64,000 nucleotides of DNA from Octopus vulgaris (taxonomy: Eukaryota): the NCBI GenBank assembly GCA_951406725.2, contig OX597816.1, forward strand, positions 82,522,001 through 82,586,000, written 5' to 3'. A program made the translations under genes and the position numbers. The notes beneath the pieces are model-generated. The model saw nothing but the letters and a program-made list of their open reading frames with translations, searched no databases and was not told where the DNA came from. How positions within the stretch are numbered: position 1 is the first letter of the stretch; each line of letters opens with the position of its first letter. Positions 51,178 through 64,000 of the stretch are shown piece by piece.

Positions 51178-54100
51178 TGTATTTTTAGGAAGTTAAAAGT
51201 TACAGCTGGTCATAGACTGACCATTGGTTTCACACCTATAAAGCGCTTAGCACTATAGGCATCTTGTCAGACTCAAATGGCTGAATGCCTATACTGCTAA
51301 GCACTTTATAGGTGCAAAACTGCTGTGTGAGAGTATAAAATCCCCTGATGAGAATGAACTGGACCACTACATATAAATAGTAGCAGTCTGAGTAAGTGAG
51401 ATAGTTCATGCAAGTTCCACAGTTCATGTGTTGATACTTCAAAGTTGGAGCTCAAAGTTTACAGTTAGCATGTTGGATTGTTGGTTCTTAGAAGATTGTT
51501 GTTACGTTCTGTGTGGTTACTGCTGTTTGTTTTGATTATATTGTTATTACACTGTTGCAGTGTATTTGTTTATCCATAAGGATATAACATCTGGCGTTGA
51601 GGATCATCCGAAACTCACATTTGTTATTTGACAATTTCTGTGTCATGGAAAACCTATTATCTGCAGTTGTACAGCATCAAGAGAAGCAACAAGAACAACT
51701 ACAGGAGTTGCAAAAAGAAATACTACAACAGCAATTCACTGAATTACAGTTGGCCAAGTCTGAAAATCCAGTAAGCTCATTTATGCCAGAGGGTGTGGCT
51801 AACACAATTTCTGAATCCACATATAATCCAGAGGAGGGTGTTATGTTTCCCATGTAATATAGAAGATATGAGGAAATTTTTAACAAATGCAAGTCATGGT
51901 CAGAGGTGCAGAAAGTAAGGCTTTTACTATGCAAGGTAGCTCCTGTCAAACAAGAGCGTTACTGTAACTTTATTCTGCCCCAAATGTTGAGTGAGCTTGG
52001 TTTCCAAGAAACTGTGGAATTGCTTTCAAATATTTTTGGTGATAGAAGTTCATTATTCAACACCAGAATGGAGTGTTGGAACATAACAAAATATGAGGAG
52101 GAGGATTTTATTATCTATGCTGGAGTAGTCAGCTGCATGTGTGAAAATTTCCTTTGTGCAAAGATTTATAGCACCTGAAGACAGAGAAATTCAGGTAAGG
52201 ATTCTCTCAAACATGGAGCAAGCAAACCAGGATTTATTTCTACAGACCATCACAGAAGAATGTCAAACTATGGTAAATCTTAAACATGATGTGAAAAAAA
52301 TACAAGATAAAGACTGCAAAAATTCAAATGTATCATCCTGGGAAGCACATTCAAAAGAAAGTGCCAGGCCCCAATCTTTGTTATGTTTGTAGGGGCCTAC
52401 ACTACAAAAAGGGTTCCCTGTTTAAGAACAAAAAGTACTATAGTTGTCAGAAGCTGAGATACAGGGGTTCTCATTATAGAACTAGGCTACGAGACTCAAA
52501 CACAAAAAGTTCTAAGGTGTTTTCAGCAGAGAGTGATTGCAACAGAAAAACAAGAAAATTTGTGCATGTAAAAATTAATGATGTGAATACCAAATTACAC
52601 AGAAAGTGACATCTTGATTATAAATGCAGATACTTGGAAAAAAATTAGTAAACTGAGATTACATAAAACAGTGAAAATAGCATGTGGTGTAACAGGCGAT
52701 AAATTACATTTCATGGGCAAAACATATATCGACATCATGTTTCAAGGGGAGACACATGAAGCAAAATTATTCGCTGTGGCTAATACAATCAATCTGTTTG
52801 GCACAGATTGGTTAGAACTATTCGATTTATGACATCTCCCCATAAATTTGTATTGCAATAACATAAATGGTTGTTCCATTAAAAACATGTCTGCAGAAGA
52901 ACTGAAGAAAAAATTGAAAAAATGTTCCTGCAAGTGTTATTTTAATCTATGTAGAAAGACAGAAGCCTGCTTCCAAGTAAATGCTGTACTCAAGCAAACA
53001 GAAAAGTACTGTTTGCAGCAATTGAAACCATAAATGAAGAGTTGGGCAGGCTCAAAAAGAAAGGAGTCACCAAAAAGGTAGCTTACTTAAAGTGGGGGGC
53101 ACCCATGGTATGTATTAAAAAAAATAATAAGATTAGGTTGTATGCCAATTTCTCTACAGGATTGAATGACTGCTTAAAAACATACCACCATCCACTCCTG
53201 ACTGCAGAGGACATTTTTCAAAGTTAAATGGTGGAAAAAATTTTTCTACATTAGATCGTGGCCATTGCCAGTCTCGCCTGGCCCCCATGCGGCTGGCACG
53301 TAAAAAGCACCATCCGACCGTAGCTGTTTGCCAGCCCCGTCTGGCACCTGTGTCCGGTGGCACGTAAAAAGCACCCACTACACTCACGGAGTGGTTGGCA
53401 TTAGGAAGGGCATCCAGCCGTAGAAACATTGCCAGATCAGACTGGGCCAGGTGCAGCCTTCTGGCTTACCAGACCCCAGTTGAACCGTCCAACCCATGCT
53501 AGCATGGAAAGCGGACGCTAAATGATGATGATGATGATGATGATGAGATCTGTCTGAAGCCAATTTACAGATAAAAGGAAATGAAAGATGCTCAAAGTAT
53601 TTGACAATAAATACACACAGAGGATTGTACAGATACACACAATTAACTTTTGGATTAAAAGCGACACCAGTAATATGCCAGCAAATCATAGATACTATGT
53701 TATCTGAATGTGAATTTGCAATCCCATACATGGACAATATTTTTATCAAGAGTAATCCTTGTGAACAGCATGTGGAACACATAAAAGAAAATTAAAGTTT
53801 TCAGGTTCACTTTGAGTGAAGAGAAATGTGAATTCTTTCTTCTCTAAATTAAGTACTTAGGGCAAATAATTGATAAAAGTGGTAGATGTCTTGCCTGTGC
53901 TGACAAATATTCCAACTCTACAAGCATTTCTTGAGTTGGCAAATTATTTTCAAAGCTACATTCCTTATATGCACAAGTTAAGAGATCTGTTGAATGATTT
54001 ATAAAAAAAAAAGGAGTAAAGTGGAATTGGTCCACTAAATGCTGGAACACTTTTAAAGAAATAAGAAAATTTCTAATCTCAGACCTGTCATTAGTGCATT

Positions 54101-55260
54101 ATGATCCCAATTAAGTGCAGTTCTACTTCATGAATACAAAGACAGAAGTACAAAGCCAGTGGTCCATGTTTTGTGCTCACTAATAGCAGCAGAAAGAAAT
54201 ATAGTCAAATTGAAAAGGAGGCCCTAGCAATTATTTTTGCAGTTAAAAAATTTCACAGGTTTCTGCATGGCAGATGTTTTTTTTTATTGCAAACAGATCA
54301 TAAACCTTTGCCTTTGATTTATGGGTCTAAAAAAGGGTTACCGACTCACACTGCAAACTGCCTGCAACATTGGGGTGTAATATTACTAAATTATAATTTC
54401 AAAATTCATTGGAAAAAATCAGTGATGTGGACTGCTTTTCGAGATTAATTCCAAAAAATATGGAACCACTAGAAGAGACTGTTATAGCTGCACTGCAGGC
54501 AGAAAGTGAAATTAAAAGTGTAATGATGAACGTTATCCCAGAACTACCAGTGATGGCATAGGATATAAGAATGAAAACTGTAGGTGATGAGTATATTATG
54601 AAAATAAAAGAAGTTTTAAAAAATAAACAGAATAAATATTCAGATGCCAGTAGTTTTTCAATTTGCAATGATATCCCGATGTATTCCCAGAGAGTGGTCG
54701 TTCCAACTACATTACAAATAGGTGTATTGCAACAATTTCACAGTTGACATCCAGCAATGACAAGGATGAAAGCTCTGATGAGGAGTTAGCTGTCTATGAC
54801 CAAGATATTGAAAACTTGGTGTGAATTTGCTGAAGTTGTGTGCCCATGGTCAAACCCCCACCAATAAAACATCAATCATAGCCAGAGACAAAAAACCCAT
54901 GGTCTAGGTTACACATTGACTATGCCAAACCGGTAAATGATGCTTACTACCTAATTGTAGTAGGTAGCTGTACTAAGTGGTCAGAGGTGTGCAGGTGCTA
55001 TAGACCAACCTCTAAGACAACTATAAAGTTCTTATATGAATTGTTTGCATGATATGGTGTCCCTGACACACTAGTTTCAGACAATGGAGCACAGTTCTCT
55101 GGATGTGAATTCATGAACTTCTGTAAAAGGCATGCGATAAAGCATATTGTCACTCCAACCTAACACTCGAGGTCAAATGGGCAGGTAGAAAGATTTGTGG
55201 ACACCTTTAAGAGAGCGTTGAAAAAAGCAAAGAATGAATTAAGTAACAACAAAGCAAAAG
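51178..55260 (+). mobile_element. Gypsy (K02A2.6/Mag-like) LTR retrotransposon, pseudogenised, 3' LTR missing
   Basis: 5' LTR ends ...ATAACA at 51589, then PBS TGGCGTTGAG. gag (YNPEEGV..YRRYEEIF), protease, RT (THRGLYRYTQLTFGLK, YMDNI), RNase H (YSQIEKEALAIIFAVKKFH..TDHKPL), integrase (PWSRLHIDYA..VSDNGAQF..SNGQVERFVDTFKRAL). Many stops and frameshifts. Confidence 0.93.
53258..53545 (+). mobile_element. Young RTE-linked 3' module inserted in the Gypsy RT
   Basis: Interrupts LDLSEA, with flanking AGATC duplication (53253-53257 and 53546-53550). CpGs retained. Confidence 0.92.
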
Positions 55261-55969
55261 GTGAGATTAATGCTAATAATGTTCATCTAGTTCATTTAAG
55301 AAGAAACGGGCTTGGAAGAATTATCCCCCTTTAACACTAACAATGAGATCACACTTTATTATGTCAAAAGTTCATTCTACATATACAAATAAAATCTAAA
55401 GCATATGTTTTATCTTTTTTAATCAATTTTCTTCCTTGTTTGTCTTTTGCATACAGCTACCTCTAGTTAACAACAAAAACAAATTCTTCAGACTATTTGG
55501 ATGCTTCATTCCGATCCATATTACACTATTACAACTTAATCTCATTACCATCTGCTTCGTATTTTAATGTAATGCTTCTTATTTTTATTTTTATTTTACT
55601 TTTTTGTTTGTTTATTGTTACTTGTATCCAGCCTTATAAACACAATTTCAGCTATTAGTAAACAGTGTTATTGATAAAAAAAAATCTATTTAAAAAAATT
55701 GAAAATAAAAAACTACTGTAAAACTGTTGTAAAAATGCTGTCACTACTACAACAGATGGCATTACTGACAAAAACTCTGATGGCAGCATTAGTCAAGAAG
55801 AGAGTGAATTTATAATTGGTTAGTCATGGTTTAAAAGTAAATAAATAAATAAATGAACCAAGGCTGTTCTGTTGCTGTTTATTCAACTGTAAAATAAAAA
55901 ATTTAAAAAAACATGTTTGTATTCCTAGAATGGCTTGGCTTCATTCACGTTATTAGCATCATTTGCATT

Positions 55970-55984
55970 GATATCATCATCATT

Positions 55985-56015
<31 letters not shown>

Positions 56016-56314
56016 CTATTATCATCAGCATCAATATCACCAGTGCCATCACCACTTTTATCATCATCAATTTCACCATTGCTATAACCATCATCATCAT
56101 CATCGCCATTATTGTCACTATCATCAACATCATCTACAACATTAGCATTAACATAAATGTTTTTCTATCATCATTGTCATCGACCTCATCATCATCACTA
56201 CCACTGTCATTTGCATCATTGCAATTCTCAAAATAACTTTTTCTATTCATACCATTGACAGCACCAGTACCACCACCACTGCTGTCATTGCCACTGCTGC
56301 CATCACCATCAACA

Positions 56315-56315
<1 letters not shown>
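55970..56315. repeat. Degenerate (CAT)n/(CAC)n trinucleotide tract
   Basis: Direct inspection. Confidence 0.9.
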
Positions 56316-56359
<44 letters not shown>

Positions 56360-56792
56360 CTTCATATATCATTGTCTAATTGCTTTATAAATTATTATCT
56401 ATTGTGTAATTGTTGCAAGCCAAAGAAGACATCTGCAGATACAGCAAGGTTTCAGCCTGACAGAAAGTGACATGTAGGTGGAATGGTATTGTGGAGAGAA
56501 GCATTACAGCTAGGAGAGGGGCCTGGAATGATTGGAAAAAAGAAGGAAGCAAAGAACAATATTAGATAGCTTGTAGAGAACCTGTATGCCAGGTAAATGT
56601 ACAATAGAGAAACTGAGAGAGGTTTATCAGTGCTCTAAGACACAAAAATTGAAGATGTGAAGTGTTCCATATTGCAAAGCTTCACACAGTTTCCATCTAC
56701 CAAATTCACTCATAAGGCATTTGTTGGCTTAGGGTTATTGTAGAAGAAACTTGCTCAAGGTGCTGTACAATGAGACTGAATCTGAAATCATA

Positions 56793-57227
56793 TCATCATC
56801 ATCATCATCATCATCATCATCTTTTAACGTCCGGTTTCCATGCTAGCATGGGTTGGACGATTTGACTGAGGGCTGGCGAACCAGATGGCTGCACCAGGCT
56901 TCAATCTTGATCTGGCAGAGTTTCTACAGCTGGATGCCCTTCCTAATGCCAACCACTCCGAGAGTGCAGTGGGTGCTTTTACATGCCACTGGCACAGGTG
57001 CCGGTACAGCGATGCTGGTAACGATCACGCTTGGATGGTGCTCTTAACACCCTACTAGCACGGGGCTCAAGTGCCAGTAAGGCAACACTGGTAACGATCA
57101 CACTCAAATGGTGCCTTTTAAGTCCCACTGGCACAGAAGCCAGTTAGCTGCTCTGTCAATGATCACACTCGTATGGTGCTCTCTGCACCCCGCTAGCATG
57201 GACACCAGTCATCGAATTTGATTTTGA
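56793..57227 (-). mobile_element. RTE-linked 3' module with four hairpin units, nested in a SINE (56680-57260)
   Basis: (CAT)n tail and four ggtgc motifs. The host SINE resumes at 57228 (cttcttaaccacacagccatg). Confidence 0.87.
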
Positions 57228-57266
57228 TGCAAAGTCAGCTTCTTAACCACACAGCCATGGCAAATG

Positions 57267-57617
57267 AAAATCATCCAGCAGCAGTGAGAATGCACAATGT
57301 GCATTTCTAGTTTATTGAACTTTTTCTGTAGCATGTACTCACTGCCAACTGTATGCTAAGACTAAATCTATTGCCACTGATATAAAAAAAAACAACAATT
57401 GAACAATCATTGGTGTTGTAGTTAGCCATCCAGCTGAATAAAGATCTGTTATATGTAACAGAAGCAATATCAAATTAAAATAGCCATCTGTGCATCATAC
57501 TTAATGCAGATACATTGGAAAAAGGCAAATTTGCTGCAGGGTTTACCTGAAGGTAGCATCTCTTATAGATGAGGCAGAAATGTACATTTAGCATTCTCAC
57601 CACTGCTGGACGATTTT
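57267..57617. mobile_element. MITE-like element with ~42-bp imperfect TIRs
   Basis: aaaatcatccagcagcagtgagaatgcacaatgtgcatttct versus agaaatgtacatttagcattctcaccactgctggacgatttt. Confidence 0.7.
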
Positions 57618-57854
57618 TGTCTATTAGATATTTGTGTTCAAAAAGACTTGAGAAAATTGTACCTTATGTAAAAACAAATTAGGGTTAGCGACAGGAGGGA
57701 CATATGATGTAGAAAAATTGCTTCTGTAAGTCTTGTCTGATCCATGCTAGCATGGGAAATGTGAAAACTATGATGGTGGTGTTGGTGATGATGATGCACT
57801 AATATAAAACAATAAAAACAGCAATTATTATATACTGATAATAGTCAAACTTGT

Positions 57855-58075
57855 GTTCTCATCTTGGTTGTTATAGTCACAACTTGGGTGTTTTTACCTT
57901 TGAACCCTTTTAGGTGTCTGTCATATTCAGTAACATTCCCAGAATTTTGGGCTGCAAATTTTAATATATTTTTATAATGAGTTCAGCTCAAAATTCATTA
58001 CTGAATATGACAGGTACCTGAAAAAAGGGCAGTAGGTAGAGTGGCTAAAATGTGACTATAATGACCAAAATGAGG
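57855..58075. repeat. Inverted repeat resembling paired Penelope pLTR ends
   Basis: ctcatcttggttgttatagtcaca...ctgtcatattcagtaa pairs with ttactgaatatgacag...tgtgactataatgaccaaaatgag. Confidence 0.75.
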
Positions 58076-58559
58076 GCACTATATCAGCATATACTAATTG
58101 TATAATTGATAGTTACAGTTATGTATATAAATTTTAAGTAACAAAATAGTACAGTGTCTGTTGTTGTTTTGTTGGAGCAGAGGAGAAAGTGTAATTGACT
58201 CCCCTGTAAAGAAAGAAAAGATTTGTTATATTTCAAGGAGGCTTTGTTTTACCCTTGAGCTGGAGGTCACAGGTCACACTTTATGGCTATCAAAGAAAAA
58301 AAGAATTATTCTCCATTAATCTATTCCTTATAGAATTGTCCATGGAAAAAGAGAGTTTGTAAAGAATAGATAGGTCTAAAGAAATAAAAATGGAATGAAG
58401 AGATAAATTCTCACAAAAGTAGCTTCCAATGACAATAAGAATATTATTGTTATCATGTTAACGAATTCACTACAAGTGAAGTGGAAGGGATTGTATCCAG
58501 ACATACCATTTGAAACTCCTTGAAATAATCCACAATTTGCAATTGAGTGGATTGTCTAA

Positions 58560-59060
58560 AGCACCTGGTTAAAGAAAAAGAATAAACATAAACAGAAAAC
58601 ATTGCTGATGAAGCAAATTCTTGAACTGTAGAATGGAATGAACTTAATTTTCTTCCAATATGTTATTATCTTTGATAATTCAAGAAATTTCTTTGTCTCT
58701 TCCCTGGTAGTCAATGTAGAAATCTGAGGTGACCAAATGGAAAATTCAATGATGAATATGTTAGTATCATAATGGTGTTGGGTTGTTAAACCAGTTAGAG
58801 TAGTGGACTACACATTCTCTTCATTGAAAACCTCAATGTATGATACTACAAAGAGGAGGTGTTATGAACCCATCTTCTTCCCTTTACAGAAAAACTTAGT
58901 CATTCTTGACTGGCAGTATACCAACATGATAATGTTTCTGTCTATTTCGCCAAATTAGTCAGAATGTTTCTCTTAGATCATGAAATTGAGACTTTGGACA
59001 ATCTCCAGACTGAAACTTTATTGGAAATGTATATGACAGATCATTAAATTCAAAGCTGTA
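58560..59060 (+). mobile_element. Tc1-like transposase relic
   Basis: Degenerate IMV.G....HLLPF....VYQHDNVS..AKLVRMFLLDHEIETL..QSPD, corresponding to QQDNA and WP.QSPDLN motifs. Confidence 0.65.
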
Positions 59061-59375
59061 GTAAAGAACTTTTAAATGCAAATACATCTTTGTAAGTGTT
59101 TAAGAAGTAAGTTTCAAATTACACCTACATAAATGAAAAGACTTGCTGATTCTAAGATTTAAAGAAGTTAAGAAAAAAGAAAAGCATGAAATAATCATAC
59201 CAGAAGCATTGATTATTATATATGCGAAATAAAAAACAGATATTCATGCCTTTTTTACAAAAAAATTGAGATGCACTAAATGATTTGGTATCAATGGAAC
59301 TAAAAAATGTTTTTAAAACAACTTTTGCAAGTTACATTTACATATATTTTCTATTGTATATGTGGGTATATACAT

Positions 59376-59598
59376 ATTCTTTTATTCTTTAACTTGTTTA
59401 AGTCATTTGACTGTGGCCATGCTGGAGCACCACCTTTAGTTGAACAAATCGACCCCAGGATTTATTCTTTGTAAGCCTAGTACTTATTCTATCAGTCTTT
59501 TTTGCTGAACCTAAGTTACAGGGATGTAAACACACCAACATCAGTTGTCAAGCAATGGTAGGGGGGACAAATACAGACACACAGATACATACATATAC

Positions 59599-59654
<56 letters not shown>

Positions 59655-59817
59655 GATGGGCTTCTTTCAGTTTCTGTCTACCAAATCCACTCACAAGGCT
59701 TTGGCCAGACCAAGGCTATAGTGGAAGACACTTGCCCAAAGTGCCATGCAGTGGGACTGAACCTGGAACCATGTGGTTGGGAAGCAAGCTTCTTACCACA
59801 CAGCCACCCCTGTGCCT
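59376..59817 (-). mobile_element. Full-length octopus-type tRNA SINE with internal (TA)n
   Basis: Minus strand: aggcacaggggtggctgtgtggtaagaagcttgcttcccaaccacatggttccaggttcagtccc...ggtgctccagcatggccacagtcaaatgac. Confidence 0.9.
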
Positions 59818-62389
59818 CGGTATATATATATATATATATAAACCTCTTACACACACACACACACACACACATACACATATATATATATGAACCCCTTTGA
59901 CACACGCACACACTCACATGCATGCGCACACATGCACAAGAATTTATAAACTTTCAAGAGAATATGAAATGATTCCTTTTTTTGAAACTGTATGTTGAAG
60001 AACATATAAAACTATAAATAAAAGCCTTCAACTTTTCTTATCCAAAAGCCCTATATTTAAATGCTGTTTATGTATTTCTACATATCTCTCCTCACCACTT
60101 CTGCACCTTGCACATCATCCCCTATTTTCTGATCTATTCTCCTTCCTAAGCCACTTCTATTTCTCTCACCTTACCCTCTCTCCATACTGGGATTTCCCAA
60201 ACTGCACCTTCACTTTTATTAATCACTCACTACATTCACCTCTACCCCCATTCGTAACCATTCCAACATCTGTTACTTTCTTCTCACATCACCTTGTATC
60301 TTGAATTTCTCTGGCATCTAGTCACCATCATCTCTACCTTCTTTCCAGCTACTCCCACCCCTATGTAATGTGGTATAGCTATATATCTCCTCTATAGCAA
60401 GAAATCTGGGCTTGTTCCTCTATCATACTTTTTAGCCTCTCAATACCTGGCATATAACCATCTCACTCCACTCTCAGTATCCTTAGTTGAGGGGACTTTT
60501 TTCTTTCTGCTGTTCTTCTTTTTCTTGCAAGGTATCTTACGACCTCATTAACACTAGTGGAATGTAAGAAGCACTCAGTACACATTGTAAGGTGGTTAGC
60601 ATTAGGCAATAGTATTCATCCATAGAAACAATGCCAAGTTTGACACTGGATCCCAATGCACCCCTGCACCCACTGGATCCTGACAAACCATCTGACCCAT
60701 ACCAGCTTGGAAAACAAACATTAAATGATGATGATAATGATATATACATCGTCATTATCTTCATCATTTTAAAATCCACTATCCCATGCTTGCATGTGTC
60801 AGATAGAACTCTGAGGTAGATTTTTCTACATCCAGATGTTCTTCCCCTCACCAATGCATGACTGTTTCCAAGCAAATTCATATTTCCCCCATCTCTGGAT
60901 GTTTTCACAGACGACCAGAAATGAATGACATTGCTTATAAGACAACAATACTTGTTAACAACTTTTGAGCTATGTCAAGAAAAGGAGACTCAAGCACATG
61001 CACACACAGACATATACATGCATTCACACTGACATTTGTATACAAACACACACATGCATGTGTGTGTGTGTTTTGTTTTTCTGTAAATTTCAACTATATA
61101 TATTATCATCATCATCATCCTTTAACCTCTGTTTTCCATGCTGTCATGGGTTGAACAGTTTGACATGGAACTGGCTAGCCGAGGAACTGTCCAGACTCCA
61201 ATTATCTGTTGTGGTATGGTTTCTATGACTGGATGCCCTTCCTCATGCCAACCACTTTACAACATGTATCACATACTCTCACTACCTTGGTTGCCTTATC
61301 AACCCATTTTTCAGCAAGAAGTATGCCCACACCACCAACCCTATCACTGTTCCCTGTCCAGATATATATATTTGATCAGCTTCTTTTAATTCCCATCTAC
61401 CAAATATGCTCACAAAGAACTGTCCTGAAACTATGTGGTTATTAGGCAACAAACTTATTAACTACAGTCATGTCTACACCTGTATAAAGCTTTGGTTGGG
61501 TTAGGCTACAGTAGAAGACACTTGCTCATATTTGTATGCATACAAAGTGATTGTAAAGCTAAACAGCTGAATCACTAACCATATAGTGATAAGCTCAAAT
61601 TTTACTATCAACATTATATTATATTGCACTTTTGGGCAAGATGCTTAACAAGTCTCTTCCAAACTATGCCAGCAAGCAAAAAAAAACAAACATTGAAAAC
61701 TTTGATAATGATGACGATGATAACTTTGATAATGATAGCAGTGGTGACTGCAGTGAAATATTCACACATGCACCCAAGCACTCACACACATACACATGTG
61801 TGGAGAGAACTCCAATATGGGTTTCACATTTTTTCACGTTAAGGTCTCAGTTGTAATGTATTAGTAATATATGGGAATTCCAACCACGTTTTATGGTTTG
61901 CTACCTCAACAACTCCTTTATAGGATCCAGTGGCTAAAGACATCATCAGGAGGAACCGCATCTAGTTTCAGCCCCTACTCCTCTACTGTTTTCAAAGTGG
62001 CAGGCCCCTCAACTTTCAGTGGTATCTTCAGCTCTGGTGTCAAGTGCATTTCTTCTTTCTCCTTTTTTCTTCTGTTCCCTGGCCTCTTCGATGCAGTGTC
62101 AATGAGTGTCAGTGGGCAACTGACCATCTTGCCAAATTTCCCTTTAAATACTTGCTGGTAGGCTCCAGCAGCCAGCACCAGCTAGTTGTCATGTGACACT
62201 ATTTAAACTTCAACTGACCAATGGAAGGGAAAGGCGCATAATCTTAGCCCGCGCTCTCACTAAACCTGCCTTCCAACAGTGTCGTGTTAGTTTCAGTTCC
62301 ACAAGCCAGAGTCAACCAGCTGTTTGGTTGTACAAGCCTTCGAACCAGGAGGAGGAGGCACCATGAACAAGACTGCTACTTGTGAAAAT

Positions 62390-62428
62390 TTATGAAAGCA
62401 ATTCTACAGCAGGGTCCCAGTCAACTAA
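62390..62428 (-). CDS. Candidate terminal coding exon (LVDWDPAVELLS*) of an unidentified minus-strand gene
   Basis: Strong acceptor ttttgtctcttttattcttttctgatttcag|. Only phase 0 stays open. Followed by ~480 bp of GC-richer unique sequence. Confidence 0.3.
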   Translation of the reverse strand, partial: LVDWDPAVELLS

Positions 62429-62898
62429 CTGAAATCAGAAAAGAATAAAAGAGACAAAATATTTGCATAATGGTGCAGATCAAATATTTACCATTTCAGT
62501 CTTTGCTAGTAGGATTTTGTTAATTAATTATTCATCTTTGCTAGTAGGGGTTTATTCATTAATCATACAAATCTTTAAATATCAACCATTGAGTAAATGA
62601 TGAACAATATGATGAAATATACTGGGATAGTGATTGAGGACAACAACAACAACCACAGCCATAAATTAATAGCTCACAGTGTATGCTAGCTTAGAGGGAC
62701 TAACAGCATTGGCTGCAGGAAAAAAAACTCTCTACACCCTGGGAGCAACATTAATTTTACTGATTGAAAACTGCACATAGCTATGAGGATTTTGAGGTAG
62801 ACATGTATGTGTTAAAGCTAAACTATAACATAATTAATAACATGCACAAACCATTTCTCTTACTACTACTACTACTACTACTACTACTACAAACTACT

Positions 62899-62929
<31 letters not shown>

Positions 62930-63639
62930 ATTCTGCTACTTTTTTTTTGGTTATTTGACAATTATTTTCTCACATATCTACACACCATACATTGAACATG
63001 CTTATATGTAAATGATATAATGGGAATTTGTTTCTTAATGGTTTAGAAAACGTTGCCATAACAAATATTGATTTATTTTATCAATTTTGCTGAGGAGAGG
63101 TTATTGTTAATTGATTTAACCAGTGGCATATAACGGATACTGAAACGAGATGCACTGAACATTGCAATATATCCATACTTCCTTTTAGCTTTATGTTTAC
63201 ACAAAAGCATGCACACGTACACACACATGTACACACACACACACACACACACAATCATTTTGTATTTCATCAACATTTCTTATGTTGGCATGGGTTGGGC
63301 AAGAGTCTTTGAGGCAATATTCTATCATTGACATCAACCCATGCTTGTTTTCTAAGTAAGGTTCTTTATTCTGCATCTTTGCACATTGGATCACTCACTG
63401 CTGGATGTTTCATTTATGGGAGACAGAAACAAAATCAGTGCTAGAGTGATGTCAGTGTGAAAACATGTGGATACAAGCAAATATACAATATGCTTCCATG
63501 CTGTTTCCATCTATCTAATTTCTCTGACAAGGCAGTGATCACCCTTTGTCAAATAACAAAAAAAGAAAAAGTAGCAGAATCATCAAATGCTTTCAAAATC
63601 ATGTGAATATGATACAAATTTTTTAACCACACAGCAATA

Positions 63640-63800
63640 CATAAATGTGTGTACTTATATAACATAATAATAGACCAGACATTGTAATTTGGTACAACAA
63701 AGAGAAAATGTATCATAGTGAAAGTCAATTGCTCAGCAGATGTCTACATAAAGCTCAGCAAAATAGAAAATGCCTATGCTGAATCATTAAGAAATTTACA
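63640..63800 (+). mobile_element. R4/Dong-like endonuclease fragment
   Basis: HNNRPDIVIWYNKEK...ADVYIKL..ENAYAE. Confidence 0.65.
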
Positions 63801-64000
63801 AATACTTTACCTGGGCTACTAATCTAGAAGCTATCAAATACTTTGAGTGAGTTGCCTGGGTTTCGGAGCGAATCTATTTTGAAAAATACTTTCGTTACTT
63901 ACTATCCATGTGTCTTTGGCACATGAAATCTACCTTCTCTAGTAGCCTGCCTATGATCCCACTACACTTCTTGTGTATCAGTGGTTTGCATTAGGTACAC

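Overview
Eukaryotic, AT-rich, repeat-saturated animal genomic DNA. The SINE families and (TA)n/(CA)n/(TATG)n/(CAT)n density look like an Octopus (coleoid cephalopod) genome; this is inferred from recalled repeat families, not from a search. The one host gene I can firmly support is the first coding exon (7483-7624, minus) of a PP2A B56/B' regulatory subunit (PPP2R5/widerborst-like). It sits in a CpG-retaining promoter domain, and I found no downstream exon in 1-7482, so the rest probably lies left of the window. The remainder is mostly decayed mobile DNA: RTE, CR1, L2/Jockey-like, R4/Dong-like and Penelope retroelements, two Gypsy relics, mariner, Tc1, hAT, piggyBac-type and other MITEs, Helitrons and tRNA-SINEs. 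Most notable: (1) a recurrent RTE-linked 3' module with a variable-length array of double-hairpin repeat units; (2) a Penelope insertion with inverted pLTR, hammerhead relic and 12-bp TSD; (3) a second CpG-retaining domain (~22.2-27.2 kb) with a CTCF-like site and a 161-bp diverged tandem repeat but no identified gene; (4) orphan exon candidates. Almost all long ORFs in the track are microsatellite artefacts or TE relics. No CRISPR, rRNA or intact tRNA gene was seen. Boundaries of decayed TEs are approximate.
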